Shown: positions 1 to 9,819, counted from the first letter of the stretch. The stretch: 59,949 nucleotides of DNA from an uncultured Oscillospiraceae bacterium (GCA_900552115.1 URYP01000001.1:1-59949), one strand, 5' to 3'. Notes: generated by a model from the sequence alone, not told the origin. Program-made: numbers and translations.

Positions 1-1657
1 TGCGCGGCGGATAGCCGAAACGCAGCATGTAATACAGGAAAAAGTCGTGCAGCTCATATGGCCCGACGATATCTTCGGTCTGCTGAGCGATCTCGCCGTC
101 CCTTGGCGGGAGCAGCTCCGGGCTGACCGGGGTGTCGAGAATATCCCGCAGCGCCTCTCCCATGTCACCGCCGATCCGATCCGCTTCATAGCCCACCAGA
201 AAGCGAACCAGCGTTTTGGGCACCGAAGCGTTGACGGAGTACATCGACATATGGTCGCCGTTGTAGGTAGCCCAGCCCAGAGCCAGCTCGGACAGATCAC
301 CGGTGCCGACCACCAGGCCGTTCACGCGATTGGCCAAATCCATCAGCACCTGGGTGCGCTCCCGTGCCTGAGCGTTTTCATAGGTCACGTCGGGGGAACC
401 GTCGTGGCCGATATCCTCAAGATGCCGCGTCACGGCGTCCCCAATGGGGATTTCATGAAACGTGGTACCGCCGGCCTGCGCGAGAATCTGCGCGTTGTTT
501 TTAGTACGGCCGGTGGTGCCAAAGCAGGGCATAGTGACGGTGTGGATTCCATTGTGGTCCCAGCCGAGCCGGTCATAGGCCCGCAGCGTTATGAGCAGCG
601 CCAGGGCCGAATCCAGACCGCCGGAGAGTCCCAGCACGGCCCGCCCGCCGGTGACCGACAGGCGCTGCGCCAACCCGGCGGACTGGATGGTCAGCACTTC
701 CTCAAATCTCTGCGCGCGAGCCGCCTCGGCCGGCACGAAGGGCAGCGGCGAAAGCGGCCGCATCAAATCCAGATCCACCAGCGGGAAATCGAACCAGACC
801 GGCTGCGCCGGCGTGGGCGACACCGTGTTGTGGCGGCGATCAAACAGCAGCCGGGCCACGTCCACTTCGCTGGCCGTAATCCCGGCGGAGAAGCGTTCGC
901 CTTCCGCCAGAAGCAGGCCGTTTTCAGCGATTAGGCGATGACCGGCAAACACTGCCGAGGAGGTGGACTCCCCCTCCCCCGCGCCAGCGTAGATCACAGC
1001 GCCGGCCAGTTGGGCCGACCGTACCATGCTCCAGTTTTTCCGCCAGGCAGAGCAGCCTGCCGCCTCGCCGACGGCGGACATATACGCCATCAGGGTAGCT
1101 CCCCCGGCCGCCATTCCGGCTGTACCGGCAGCGGCGGCGGGTGTTTCCTCCCCAACCTCCACGCCGAAACAGAATTCCGGCATTTGGCGGCAGGCGAAAA
1201 GCAGGTCCGCATCCATGCAGGCCTCCTGCCCGGCATAGGTGACGGTCTGAGGGCCCGCCGGAGCGGCGGCAAAGGGACGCGGTCCTTTTTTGCCGCCATA
1301 GGCGGACAGTGTGCGTTTGGGTATGATCCCCAGCAACCGCCCCTGCCGGCAGACCAGCGCGCAGTCATACAACGCCGCGCCAGCGGCCACCGGGACGCCG
1401 ATTACTAAGACGGGGGCCAGGGCAACGGTTTCCCGGAGCAGCCACCGCACCGCTTTTTCAGCGGCTTTAAGCAGTACCGGCTGCCAGAACAGATCGCCGC
1501 AAGTCGCCCCTGTAACGCACAGCTCCGGAAACACCATCAGCGCGGTGCCCGCCGGGGCGGCCTGCGCCATATCCCGTATCTGCCGGATGTTATAACCGCA
1601 GTCTGCCACCCGGATATCCGGTGTGGCCGCCGCGATGCGCACAAATCCGTCCCGCAT
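1..1657 (-). CDS. nadE: Glutamine-dependent NAD+ synthetase, N-terminal ~552 codons (C-terminus runs off the window)
   Basis: Absent from the ORF track because there is no stop in the window. Manual minus-strand translation from ATG 1657 gives MRDGFVRIAAATPDIRVADCGYN...MVFPELCVTGATCGDLF (CN-hydrolase glutaminase domain). The PP-loop VLGLSGGLDSA is encoded near nt 600-632. AGGAGG lies 7 nt upstream of the ATG. Confidence 0.85.
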   Translation of the reverse strand, partial: MRDGFVRIAAATPDIRVADCGYNIRQIRDMAQAAPAGTALMVFPELCVTGATCGDLFWQPVLLKAAEKAVRWLLRETVALAPVLVIGVPVAAGAALYDCALVCRQGRLLGIIPKRTLSAYGGKKGPRPFAAAPAGPQTVTYAGQEACMDADLLFACRQMPEFCFGVEVGEETPAAAAGTAGMAAGGATLMAYMSAVGEAAGCSAWRKNWSMVRSAQLAGAVIYAGAGEGESTSSAVFAGHRLIAENGLLLAEGERFSAGITASEVDVARLLFDRRHNTVSPTPAQPVWFDFPLVDLDLMRPLSPLPFVPAEAARAQRFEEVLTIQSAGLAQRLSVTGGRAVLGLSGGLDSALALLITLRAYDRLGWDHNGIHTVTMPCFGTTGRTKNNAQILAQAGGTTFHEIPIGDAVTRHLEDIGHDGSPDVTYENAQARERTQVLMDLANRVNGLVVGTGDLSELALGWATYNGDHMSMYSVNASVPKTLVRFLVGYEADRIGGDMGEALRDILDTPVSPELLPPRDGEIAQQTEDIVGPYELHDFFLYYMLRFGYPPR

Positions 1658-1681
1658 GCCCGTACCTCCTTTAAAAATCAA

Positions 1682-4054
1682 CTACAGCAACAGCCGGCGG
1701 CGAATAAAGTAGACCACCGCATTATACTCGTCGTACAATTTTTTCTCCAGATGCTCATGCGCGGTTTCCACCAGAGCGACCTCTTCCTCGGTCGGCTCAA
1801 TCTGGCCGTAGCGCCAGCGCATCATAATATCAAAGACCTGCCGCATGGCGTCGGGTTCCAGTCCCACGCCCTGCTCCACGCGGGCGGCAAACTGCTTCAT
1901 GGTTTCCCTGGTCTGCGGGACATAATGCAGCAGCTTGAGCTGCCGGATCATATCGGTATAATAATGATCCGCCTGCTCACCGAAGGATTTGAACCGCTGG
2001 CGCACCACATCCGGCTGCCACGCGGTTTCGCTGTAGCGCAGCCGCTTCAAGGCCAGCAGGCCCAGCACCAGCAGCACCAGCACCACGAAGCCGGTGATCA
2101 CGGAATAGAGCATCCAGGAGGGCAACCCGTCGCCGCTCTTGTTTACAATGGCGCTCGTCATGGTACCGGTCGGGCCGGTATCGTTAAAGCGGCTGGAGGC
2201 TGTCGTCGTTGTAGAGGCCGTCGTTTCGCTCGGCTCCGGCTCGTCCTGCGCCAAGTTGGCGTACTGAGAATTGGCCGTGGGGTCAAACGATACCCAGCCC
2301 AGACCCTCAAAGTAGCATTCCGTCCAGGCGTGGGCGTTCTTGCGGGCGGCGTACCAATCGTCGCCTTTTTGGTCCTGCTCCAGGCCGTATCCGGCCACAA
2401 AGCGGGAGGGCACGCCCAGAGTACGGGCCATCATGGTCATCGCCGACGCAAAGTGGACACAATATCCCTGCTTGTTTTCCAGGAAATACGCGACAAAATC
2501 CTCGTCGTCCGGCGTATCGCCCGGCGTCAGCGTATACGAATAATTTTTTCGCAGGGCGCTTTCCAGCGCCACCATCATATCGTAGGGCCGGATTTTACCG
2601 TTGGTCAATGTCTTAGCTGTGTCGGCCACGATGGAGGGCAAATCCGCCGGCACATCCAGATACAGTTTCTGGAACTCCTCGCTGTAAAACTGAACGTCGC
2701 CGCTCTTTGTGCCTTCTTCCAGTAGCTTGTTCACCTGGCCTGTAAAGCTTTTATCCCAATGAGAAAGCACCTGGCCGGTAAAGGTATACTCATACGACTT
2801 ATCCGGCGGAAAACTGTTGATAAAAACCTCAGAATTCATATTAAACAGTACTGGGCTTTTCGCCGGCGTCGTTTCTTTGAAGCTCATCAGCCGGCCCGCG
2901 GTGTACAAAATCGATTCCGACGGCCGCATAACCGTCACCGTCATGCCCGTGTTGGCCCCAATCCCCGACAGAATCGCCTGTCCATTCTCACTGTCCGGCT
3001 TGTTGAGGTCAAAGGCGTTATAATACTCGTCCTTAAACAGGGAACTCCCCAAACGGTAGTAGGTCGCTTTTTCCGCTGACCATTCCTGCCCGTCATAGGT
3101 CGTATACACCTTGCCTTTCAGCAGGGTCGGCGTTTGGGTTTTCACCTTGAGCACCTTGGTTTCATCGTCCAGACGGATATTGCCGCCCAGCTTTCCTTTC
3201 TGTGGCTGCAGCCCAGCCGAAACCAGGTCATAATCGGCATAACCGGTGTTCATTTTGTTGTCAATGCCCAGCAGGGACTGGATATCTTCCGCGGTGTTGG
3301 CCAGCGGCCGCACCTTAATACTGCTGGTATCGGCCGGGAGCAGCAGCATGGAAACCACCGAGCAAATAGCCGTCAGCACCACTGCGGTAGCATAGACATA
3401 CCACGCCGGCTTGCGCCATTTTTTTACGCTCTCCTTGCGCTGCGCCTGGGTCTGCCCTTTCACCTTGGGCAGCTTGGCGCTGGCATACCGCGACATCAGC
3501 GGGAACATACCGGTGGCGAGCCAGAGCAGAGCCATCAGGTTGTTGGCCCGGAAACCGTTGACAATAATGATCCAGAACAGAATACCCGAGCAGACGATCA
3601 TCGCCCAAACCCGCCGGATACCGCGCACGCAGAGGTACAGGAACGATGTGATTAGAATATGTACGATCCAGATGACCAATTGGATATTGACATCGGTATA
3701 GTACTCCGACTTGGTGGGGAATTTATGGATCCACCAATCCATCAGGCCCTGTACATAAGTGAGCATATTGTCCCAGTTGCCGGTAATCAGGATCCCCAGC
3801 AACCCCAGGACGAGGCAGCCGCCAATGGCTGCCGGCAATATCCATTTGCGCCGGGTTCCCAGCGCCAGCACCACCACAATGACAGCGGCATGGATGATCA
3901 TATTCGTCATAGTGGTATGGAAACGGAACAGCTGGTCGAACGCCAGCATGGCGCCGACCGCCATGGCCATGCAGCACAGGCTGTCCAGCAGCAGTTCCAT
4001 CCAGTCGCTGACCGTCATGCGGGTGCGGGAGGGCGATTGGCTTTTGCTTTTCAT
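1682..4054 (-). CDS. Transglutaminase-like domain integral membrane protein (790 aa)
   Basis: Multi-helix hydrophobic N-terminus. TGase core with catalytic Cys in GYCVHFASAMTMMARTLGVPSRFVAGY. Late TM helix after a Thr-rich stretch. Start overlaps the DUF58 stop by 4 nt. Confidence 0.85.
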   Translation of the reverse strand: MKSKSQSPSRTRMTVSDWMELLLDSLCCMAMAVGAMLAFDQLFRFHTTMTNMIIHAAVIVVVLALGTRRKWILPAAIGGCLVLGLLGILITGNWDNMLTYVQGLMDWWIHKFPTKSEYYTDVNIQLVIWIVHILITSFLYLCVRGIRRVWAMIVCSGILFWIIIVNGFRANNLMALLWLATGMFPLMSRYASAKLPKVKGQTQAQRKESVKKWRKPAWYVYATAVVLTAICSVVSMLLLPADTSSIKVRPLANTAEDIQSLLGIDNKMNTGYADYDLVSAGLQPQKGKLGGNIRLDDETKVLKVKTQTPTLLKGKVYTTYDGQEWSAEKATYYRLGSSLFKDEYYNAFDLNKPDSENGQAILSGIGANTGMTVTVMRPSESILYTAGRLMSFKETTPAKSPVLFNMNSEVFINSFPPDKSYEYTFTGQVLSHWDKSFTGQVNKLLEEGTKSGDVQFYSEEFQKLYLDVPADLPSIVADTAKTLTNGKIRPYDMMVALESALRKNYSYTLTPGDTPDDEDFVAYFLENKQGYCVHFASAMTMMARTLGVPSRFVAGYGLEQDQKGDDWYAARKNAHAWTECYFEGLGWVSFDPTANSQYANLAQDEPEPSETTASTTTTASSRFNDTGPTGTMTSAIVNKSGDGLPSWMLYSVITGFVVLVLLVLGLLALKRLRYSETAWQPDVVRQRFKSFGEQADHYYTDMIRQLKLLHYVPQTRETMKQFAARVEQGVGLEPDAMRQVFDIMMRWRYGQIEPTEEEVALVETAHEHLEKKLYDEYNAVVYFIRRRLLL

Positions 4055-5283
4055 CGTCTCAGTCCTCCTCCCAGTCGGTCGCCGATTTCTTCCGGTTTGG
4101 GAATGCCGATCAGCTTAATCATGGTGCCTTCCAAATTGGGAAGTTTGTTTTCATCGCCATCGGGGAACGGCATTACAAACGAGGTTTCGCAGCGGCGCAT
4201 TGCCATATCGTTCAGCGTGCTGAACAGCTCGTCTGAGAAGCGATCGGTAATCACGTAAGCCGCCTGGAGCTGGCCGGCGTTGTCAATACGCATTTGCGAC
4301 ATATCCAGCTTATCCTCCAGCTTGGCAAACGGCGCCATAACCAACTGGTCATACGCTTCTTCAAAGTCGGCTTCACTGATAACCGGCAGATCCAGATCCC
4401 CATGCGGCATATCCGGATTCCCGAGCATCATCAGCCGCACCGTCTGGCCGCCCAGCATATAAAACTGGGCCAGCGTGGCGGCGGTTTCAGTGGCAATGTC
4501 CGCGTAGTCGTCCACCTTGTCGCTGTGCGTCCCGGTGTCCATCACCAGCAGCACATACGGCTCGGATGATATCTCATACTGCCGGGTCTGAAGCTCATGT
4601 GTACGGGCGGTCTGTACCCAGTGAATCCGTTTGAGCGAATCCCCCTGGTGATAAGCCCGGACGCCTGCATAGCTGTCGCCGAAATCGGCTACGGACACCC
4701 GCAGGCTCGACGAATCCGTCGTGAATTTGGGCGTATCCGGATCAATTTCCAAATCATGAAGCTGCGGATAAACGGCCAGAGCCTCGGTCGGGTCAGACAC
4801 AGCTCCCGGTCGCAGCAGCGGCAGAGAAAAAATACCGAATGCGTCGTATACTCGGATGCGATGCGGCACCGATTTCCATAGTCCCCTATGGTCGCAGGCA
4901 ATTTCCATGGAAAACGACTCTTTGAAATAGCCCATCCGCAGGGACAGGCGTGTCATAGACGCCTGTTTGATGGTAAATTTCTGTTTTCTGCCTGTCTTGC
5001 CGCTTTTCGGGGCCATAATTCCAAAATCGGCCAAAGCGGGAAACACAAGGAATCCGCTCAGCGTCACTTCGAGACTGACGTCATCCAGCCGTTTGATGGA
5101 ATTGGTCAGCAACCGCTGGCGGCAAGTGAGGCTGAACGCGGCCAGCAGCACCGATATGGCCGCCAGAGCCAGCAACATGGCCAAAAACAGCACCACCCAG
5201 AATATTTCACGGACGCCGGTGGCAAAAGCCACGAACAGCGTCAGTGCCAAAAGTCCGATATATCCCCAACCCCGTAACGTCAT
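4051..5283 (-). CDS. DUF58 family protein (vWA-like partner of MoxR ATPases)
   Basis: Two N-terminal TM helices. Shows the DUF58 signature region DFGDSYAGVRAYHQGDSLKRIHWVQTARTHELQTRQYE. Has 4-nt overlaps with both neighbours. Confidence 0.8.
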   Translation of the reverse strand: MTLRGWGYIGLLALTLFVAFATGVREIFWVVLFLAMLLALAAISVLLAAFSLTCRQRLLTNSIKRLDDVSLEVTLSGFLVFPALADFGIMAPKSGKTGRKQKFTIKQASMTRLSLRMGYFKESFSMEIACDHRGLWKSVPHRIRVYDAFGIFSLPLLRPGAVSDPTEALAVYPQLHDLEIDPDTPKFTTDSSSLRVSVADFGDSYAGVRAYHQGDSLKRIHWVQTARTHELQTRQYEISSEPYVLLVMDTGTHSDKVDDYADIATETAATLAQFYMLGGQTVRLMMLGNPDMPHGDLDLPVISEADFEEAYDQLVMAPFAKLEDKLDMSQMRIDNAGQLQAAYVITDRFSDELFSTLNDMAMRRCETSFVMPFPDGDENKLPNLEGTMIKLIGIPKPEEIGDRLGGGLRR

Positions 5284-6218
5284 CGTACAGCAGGCACCGG
5301 CAGGGTATTCAGGATCGTCTCGATAACCGCTTCCGGCGTTGTACGGTGCAGACCGGCACGGTTACGCATGATCATGCGGTGGCAGAGCACGTGGCGCGCC
5401 ATTTTCTGGACATCGTCCGGCAGCACAAAGCTGCGGCCGGCCAGCATCGCGCTTCCGCGGGCGGCCTGCATCAACGCGATGGAACCACGCGGGCTGGCGC
5501 CCATCAAAACCTCATCCGCCTTACGGGTCGCTTCCACAATGGCAACCACATAGTCTACCACAGGCTGCGAACAATCCACCTGCTGCAGAATCTGCTGCAT
5601 GGCCAGAACATCCTGAGCCGAAGCAACCGGCTGCAGCTTTACTTTGGTGTGGCGGTCATCATGGCCCGTCACAATCCGCATTTCCTCCTCATGGGTCGGA
5701 TAGCCCATGGATATGCGCATGAAGAAACGGTCCATCTGCGCTTCCGGCAGCGGATAAGTACCCGCCATCTCGACCGGGTTCTGGGTGGCCAGCACCATAA
5801 ACGGCGCGGGCGCGGGATAGGTCTGCCCGTCGATGGTGACCTGGTTTTCCTGCATGACCTCCAGCAACGCCGACTGCGTTTTAGGGCTGGAACGGTTGAT
5901 TTCGTCAGCCAGTACAATCTGGTTCATAATGCTGCCGATGTGCAGCTCCTGTTCGCCGGTCTTCATATTGAACATGGTAAAACCCGTGATATCGGACGGC
6001 AGCACGTCCGGGGTAAACTGAATACGCCGGAACGAACAGCCCAGTGAGGAGGCCAGCGCCGAAACCATCGTGGTCTTGCCCAGACCCGGGATGTCCTCGA
6101 TCAGAACGTGTCCCGAACACAGGAGGGAAATCATCAGCAGATCCACCACATCCTCTTTACCTACGATGACCTTTTTCACATTCTGTCGGATATCCTCGAT
6201 TGTCTTCAAATACTCCAT
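5280..6218 (-). CDS. MoxR-family AAA+ ATPase
   Basis: Walker A in IEDIPGLGKTT and Walker B in IVLADEINR. The 312-aa length and overall sequence are typical of the MoxR/MRP subfamily. Confidence 0.9.
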   Translation of the reverse strand: MEYLKTIEDIRQNVKKVIVGKEDVVDLLMISLLCSGHVLIEDIPGLGKTTMVSALASSLGCSFRRIQFTPDVLPSDITGFTMFNMKTGEQELHIGSIMNQIVLADEINRSSPKTQSALLEVMQENQVTIDGQTYPAPAPFMVLATQNPVEMAGTYPLPEAQMDRFFMRISMGYPTHEEEMRIVTGHDDRHTKVKLQPVASAQDVLAMQQILQQVDCSQPVVDYVVAIVEATRKADEVLMGASPRGSIALMQAARGSAMLAGRSFVLPDDVQKMARHVLCHRMIMRNRAGLHRTTPEAVIETILNTLPVPAVR

Positions 6219-6452
6219 AATGAACCTCCCCCGTTATCATGGGAAAAAATTTGTGCTTTTTACACATAGGGCTATTATACCGTGTCTTTTTTTAAAAGTC
6301 CATGCTTTCTTGTGGGTTTGGCCCACCAAAATCCATAGAACATTTTTGTTGTTTACTTCTGAAAAAGACCGATAAGCCATCCACATTTCAATGAAACGTC
6401 TATACATAATGTCCCTGTGTCCACGCCATACTACCTATGGAGGTGATAAACA

Positions 6453-6626
6453 ATGAGCCCGAAAGAAGTATTGTATATCGACGACGCCCTGGGACATGAG
6501 CAGTATCTGCAGACCAAATGCCAGCAGACGGCCAATCAGCTTCAGGACAAGGAACTCAAAACCTTTATTGAACAGCAGATGACCAAACACCGCCAGTTGT
6601 TCGGCCAATTTTATCAACTCGTGTAA
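6453..6626 (+). CDS. Small helical protein, partner of the CotF-domain gene (57 aa)
   Basis: Below the track size cut-off, found by eye. GGAGGTG lies 7 nt upstream of the ATG. Translates to MSPKEVLYIDDALGHEQYLQTKCQQTANQLQDKELKTFIEQQMTKHRQLFGQFYQLV. Stop is 14 nt before the next gene. Confidence 0.6.
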   Translation: MSPKEVLYIDDALGHEQYLQTKCQQTANQLQDKELKTFIEQQMTKHRQLFGQFYQLV

Positions 6627-6640
6627 GGAGGGACGATTCA

Positions 6641-6892
6641 ATGGATGACAAATGCCTAATGGAAGACATGCTGCTCGTGGTCAAGGGTGCGTGCGATCTG
6701 TATATGCACGGCACCATCGAGTGCCCCACCAGCAACGTGCACAGCGCCTTCAGCACCGCGCTGAACGACACGCTCAAAATGCAGGACGAGATTTACCAGA
6801 AAATGTCGGCGAAAGGCTGGTATACCACCCAGCAGGCCGACCAGCAGCAGATCAACCAGGTAAAGCAAAAACACGCCAGCGCAGCCAACTAA
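6641..6892 (+). CDS. Spore coat protein F (Coat_F domain) family protein
   Basis: 83 aa. DMLLVVKGACDLYMHGTIECPTSNVHSAFSTALNDTLKMQDEIYQKMSAKGWYTTQQADQQQI matches the CotF-family pattern as I recall it. AAGGAGGG lies 8 nt upstream. Confidence 0.75.
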   Translation: MDDKCLMEDMLLVVKGACDLYMHGTIECPTSNVHSAFSTALNDTLKMQDEIYQKMSAKGWYTTQQADQQQINQVKQKHASAAN

Positions 6893-6899
6893 TGCGCAG

Positions 6900-6924
6900 C
6901 CGCTCCTTCGGGAGCGGTTTTTTT
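6900..6924 (+). terminator. Intrinsic terminator after the CotF pair
   Basis: Stem CCGCTCC, loop TTCG, stem GGAGCGG, followed by T7. Confidence 0.8.
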
Positions 6925-7022
6925 ATATTTGTCCGGTCGGCTGCGGCCCGGCGTATTGGATCTATCTATAATAATGTAATAATATAACCACCAGATATCC
7001 TGTCGGTTTCTGAAAAAAGCAC

Positions 7023-7051
7023 TTGACCGCCTGCCAAAATTATGCTATAGT
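7023..7051 (+). promoter_or_regulatory. SigmaA-type promoter of the rpmG-secE-nusG cluster
   Basis: TTGACC, 17 nt, TATAGT, about 110 nt upstream of rpmG. Confidence 0.6.
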
Positions 7052-7161
7052 AGAAAATACCTCAAAAGGGGTTATTTTTTTGCGCCCGTTTTTTGGGTGC
7101 GGGTTCCCTTATTTTCGAGGGAGGCTATGTAAAATTCCGACTATCGGGAGGTGCCGTTAAC

Positions 7162-7311
7162 ATGAGAGTCAAAATTACCCTGGCCTGCACGGAGTGCAAA
7201 CAGCGCAACTACAACATGATGAAAAACAAGAAGAACGACCCGGATCGGCTGGAAATGCAGAAATACTGCCGTTTCTGCCGGAAACACACCACACACAGAG
7301 AGACCAAATAA
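7162..7311 (+). CDS. rpmG: 50S ribosomal protein L33
   Basis: [49 protein letters not shown] with a four-Cys zinc ribbon. The track ORF 7093 start is an upstream in-frame extension. GGGAGGTG SD precedes ATG 7162. Confidence 0.95.
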   Translation: MRVKITLACTECKQRNYNMMKNKKNDPDRLEMQKYCRFCRKHTTHRETK

Positions 7312-7370
7312 GCACGTCTCATCGGACGGACTTACCGCCCCGGCGGGCGGGAAGAAAAGGAGGGTTCCCC

Positions 7371-7643
7371 ATGGCTGATGAAATCGTCAATTCCCCGGAA
7401 ACGGAGAAAACCGAAAAGGATGCGAAGGCTTCCAAATCCGCCAACAAAAAAGGACCCGGTCCGGGCAAACGGATGGCCAAATTCTTCCGCGATACCAAAG
7501 GAGAATTTAAAAAAATCATTTGGCCTACTTTCCCCACCGTGGTGCGTAACACCGGCGTCACCCTGGCGATGTGCGCGTTCCTTGGCCTGATTATTTGCGT
7601 TGTGGATATCGGCCTGTCGGCCTTGATTAACCTGATGGTGTGA
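7371..7643 (+). CDS. secE: Preprotein translocase subunit SecE
   Basis: Lys-rich N-terminus, KFFRDTKGEFKKIIWPT motif and a single C-terminal TM helix. AAGGAGGG SD before ATG 7371 (interior Met of track ORF 7194..7643). Confidence 0.9.
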   Translation: MADEIVNSPETEKTEKDAKASKSANKKGPGPGKRMAKFFRDTKGEFKKIIWPTFPTVVRNTGVTLAMCAFLGLIICVVDIGLSALINLMV

Positions 7644-7674
7644 TAACCGTCGCACCCTGTTAGGAGGACGAGCA

Positions 7675-8193
7675 ATGTCTGATCAGGCGCACTGGTATGT
7701 CGTGCATACCTATTCCGGCTATGAAAACAAAGTGGCGACCAATCTTGAAAAGATTGTGGAAAACCGGAAGCTGCACGACTGGATCCATGAGATCCGCGTC
7801 CCGACCGAAACGGTCGTGGAAATCAAAGACAACAAAAAACGGGAAGTCGACCGCAAAATTTTTCCCGGCTACGTGCTGGTGAAAATGGTCATGACCGACG
7901 ACAGCTGGTACATTGTCCGCAATACGCGGGGCTGTACTGGATTTGTCGGCCCCAACGGCAAACCCACTCCCCTGACCGACGAAGAAGTCGCGGCCCTGGG
8001 CGTGGAGAAGCACGAAGTGGAAGTGACCTATCAGGTCGGCGATACGGTCCGGATCAACGACGGCCCGCTGGCAAATTTCACCGGCGTCGTCGACGAACTG
8101 GATGTGGAGAAGAACATGGTGCGGGTGACCATTTCCATGTTCGGCCGCGAAACCCCGGTCGAACTGGAGCTGGACCAAGCCGAACCCATGTGA
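7675..8193 (+). CDS. nusG: Transcription termination/antitermination factor NusG
   Basis: WYVVHTYSGYENKV NGN domain and C-terminal KOW (GDTVRINDGPLANFTG). Canonical position after secE. Confidence 0.95.
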   Translation: MSDQAHWYVVHTYSGYENKVATNLEKIVENRKLHDWIHEIRVPTETVVEIKDNKKREVDRKIFPGYVLVKMVMTDDSWYIVRNTRGCTGFVGPNGKPTPLTDEEVAALGVEKHEVEVTYQVGDTVRINDGPLANFTGVVDELDVEKNMVRVTISMFGRETPVELELDQAEPM

Positions 8194-8215
8194 GCAGAAC
8201 AGTTCCGATGTATCA

Positions 8216-8233
8216 AGCGGTTCGCCGCTTTTT
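8216..8233 (+). terminator. Weak hairpin/attenuator after nusG
   Basis: AGCGG, loop TTCG, CCGCT, then T5. The stem is short, so it is probably leaky. Confidence 0.35.
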
Positions 8234-8338
8234 ACTGTGCGCCGGACACGTTTCCGGCTGTGGGAGGAACGGTGCGAAGCCTGTCTTCGCCGGTAGCCGT
8301 TCCGCCATTGACCACGATTTTTGGAGGTGCAAGAAAAA

Positions 8339-8764
8339 ATGGCTCAGAAAGTAACCGGTTACATTAAACTGCAGATTCCGGCTGGCAAAGCTACGCCGGC
8401 GCCCCCTGTCGGACCGGCCCTTGGTCAGCACGGCGTCAACATTATGGCTTTTACAAAGGAATTCAACGAGCGTACGAAAAACGACGTGGGCCTGATTATC
8501 CCTGTCGTCATCACGGTGTATGCCGACCGTTCGTTTACCTTTGTCACCAAGACCCCCCCTGCGGCGGTCCTGATCAAAAAAGCCTGCGGTATCGAAACCG
8601 CGTCCGGCGTGCCGAACAAGAATAAGGTCGCCAAGATCACGCGGGACCAGGTAAAGAAAATTGCCGAGACCAAGATGCCCGATTTGAACGCTGCCAGTGT
8701 GGAAGCGGCCATGAGCATGGTCGCCGGTACTGCGCGCAGCATGGGTATTGAAGTCGTCGACTAA
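8339..8764 (+). CDS. rplK: 50S ribosomal protein L11
   Basis: [46 protein letters not shown] 8339 is preceded by GGAGGTG. The track start 8321 is a TTG inside the SD. Confidence 0.95.
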   Translation: MAQKVTGYIKLQIPAGKATPAPPVGPALGQHGVNIMAFTKEFNERTKNDVGLIIPVVITVYADRSFTFVTKTPPAAVLIKKACGIETASGVPNKNKVAKITRDQVKKIAETKMPDLNAASVEAAMSMVAGTARSMGIEVVD

Positions 8765-8874
8765 ACCCGCATTGGGTGGGAGGAACATCTCAACCATTCC
8801 GATTTTACCACTCTACGCGGTTTGCTCCGGCAAGGCCCGGCATGCAGCCGCGTATCAACAGGGAGGATAAGCCA

Positions 8875-9564
8875 ATGAAACACGGTAAAAAATATGCCGA
8901 CAGCGTTAAGCTGATCGACAACAATACGTTGTATGATATAAACGACGCGTTGGATCTGGCGGTGAAAACCGGTAAAGCCAAATTCGACGAAACGGTGGAA
9001 GTCCACGTGAAACTGGGTGTCGACAGCCGTCACGCGGATCAGCAGGTCCGCGGCGCGGTCGTGCTGCCCAACGGTACCGGTAAATCGGTCCGCGTGCTGG
9101 TTTTTGCCAAAGGCGATAAAGCGCAGGCTGCTCAGGATGCCGGTGCCGAGTTTATCGGCGACGACGAGACCATCGCCAAAATTAACGGCGGATGGATGGA
9201 CTTTGACGTGGTCATCGCCACCCCGGATATGATGGGTGTGGTCGGCCGCCTGGGTAAAGTCCTCGGCCCCCGCGGTCTCATGCCCAACCCGAAGGCGGGT
9301 ACGGTAACGCCGGACGTGGCCAAGGCGGTCAACGAAGCGAAAGCCGGTAAGATCGAATATCGTCTGGACAAAACCAATATCATTCACTGCCCCATCGGCA
9401 AGGTATCTTTCGGCGCCGGTAAGCTGCAGGAGAACTTTGATGCGCTGCTGGGCGCGATTGTCCGGGCTAAACCGGCGGCATCCAAAGGCCAGTATATTAA
9501 ATCCTGCGTGGTATCGGCCACCATGGGCCCCGGTATTAAGATCAACCCCGTTAAAATCGGCTGA
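8875..9564 (+). CDS. rplA: 50S ribosomal protein L1
   Basis: [15 protein letters not shown]...[37 protein letters not shown] before ATG 8875. The track start 8776 is an upstream extension. Confidence 0.95.
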   Translation: MKHGKKYADSVKLIDNNTLYDINDALDLAVKTGKAKFDETVEVHVKLGVDSRHADQQVRGAVVLPNGTGKSVRVLVFAKGDKAQAAQDAGAEFIGDDETIAKINGGWMDFDVVIATPDMMGVVGRLGKVLGPRGLMPNPKAGTVTPDVAKAVNEAKAGKIEYRLDKTNIIHCPIGKVSFGAGKLQENFDALLGAIVRAKPAASKGQYIKSCVVSATMGPGIKINPVKIG

Positions 9565-9583
9565 TTTTCATAAAACCGGCCCC

Positions 9584-9612
9584 TTGACAAAGCGTTTCGC
9601 TTTGTATATAAT
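9584..9612 (+). promoter_or_regulatory. Consensus sigmaA promoter for rplJ-rplL
   Basis: TTGACA (9584-9589), exactly 17 nt, TATAAT (9607-9612). Confidence 0.8.
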
Positions 9613-9819
9613 AGTAAACGCTGTTCTTCCACAGACAGCAGGTGTCCCCCGGGACCTAACGGCCAACGCCGCCTGCCGAGGCAGAGAGCTTTAACTGGAG
9701 TGACACGGATTCTTTGTATTCCGATGCTTTTTGTTAATGCGCCCTTCCTGTGGAGCGATCCGCCGGAAGGGCTTTTCTTATGTTGAAGACGGCAGATTCA
9801 GCATGGAGGTGAATTAGAT
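9613..9819 (+). promoter_or_regulatory. rplJ 5' leader (L10-leader-type autoregulatory RNA with terminator-like hairpin)
   Basis: About 200-nt untranslated leader between the promoter and rplJ. Stem GCCCTTCC (9741-9748) pairs with GGAAGGGC (9765-9772), followed by TTTTCTT. The position matches the L10(L12)4-sensing leader known in Firmicutes. Covariance-model match not tested. Confidence 0.6.

Noticed and set aside
47-1595. Track ORFs 47-934, 591-941, 938-1408, 1090-1368 and 1311-1595, which cover the left end
   Set aside because: All lie antisense or out of frame to a clearly recognisable nadE reading frame (CN-hydrolase N-terminus, SGGLDSA PP-loop). They are Arg/Pro/Gly/Ala-rich, as expected for shadow frames in GC3-biased DNA.
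1751-2725. 324-aa plus-strand ORF and many similar long antisense ORFs (e.g. 12499-13332, 24141-25583, 29266-30009, 31455-32339, 40941-41759, 43832-44566, 45908-46945, 57136-58374)
   Set aside because: Each is fully embedded opposite a gene with strong family signatures. Composition is dominated by R, G, H, P and A. They lack SD sequences. This is the typical high-GC antisense artefact.
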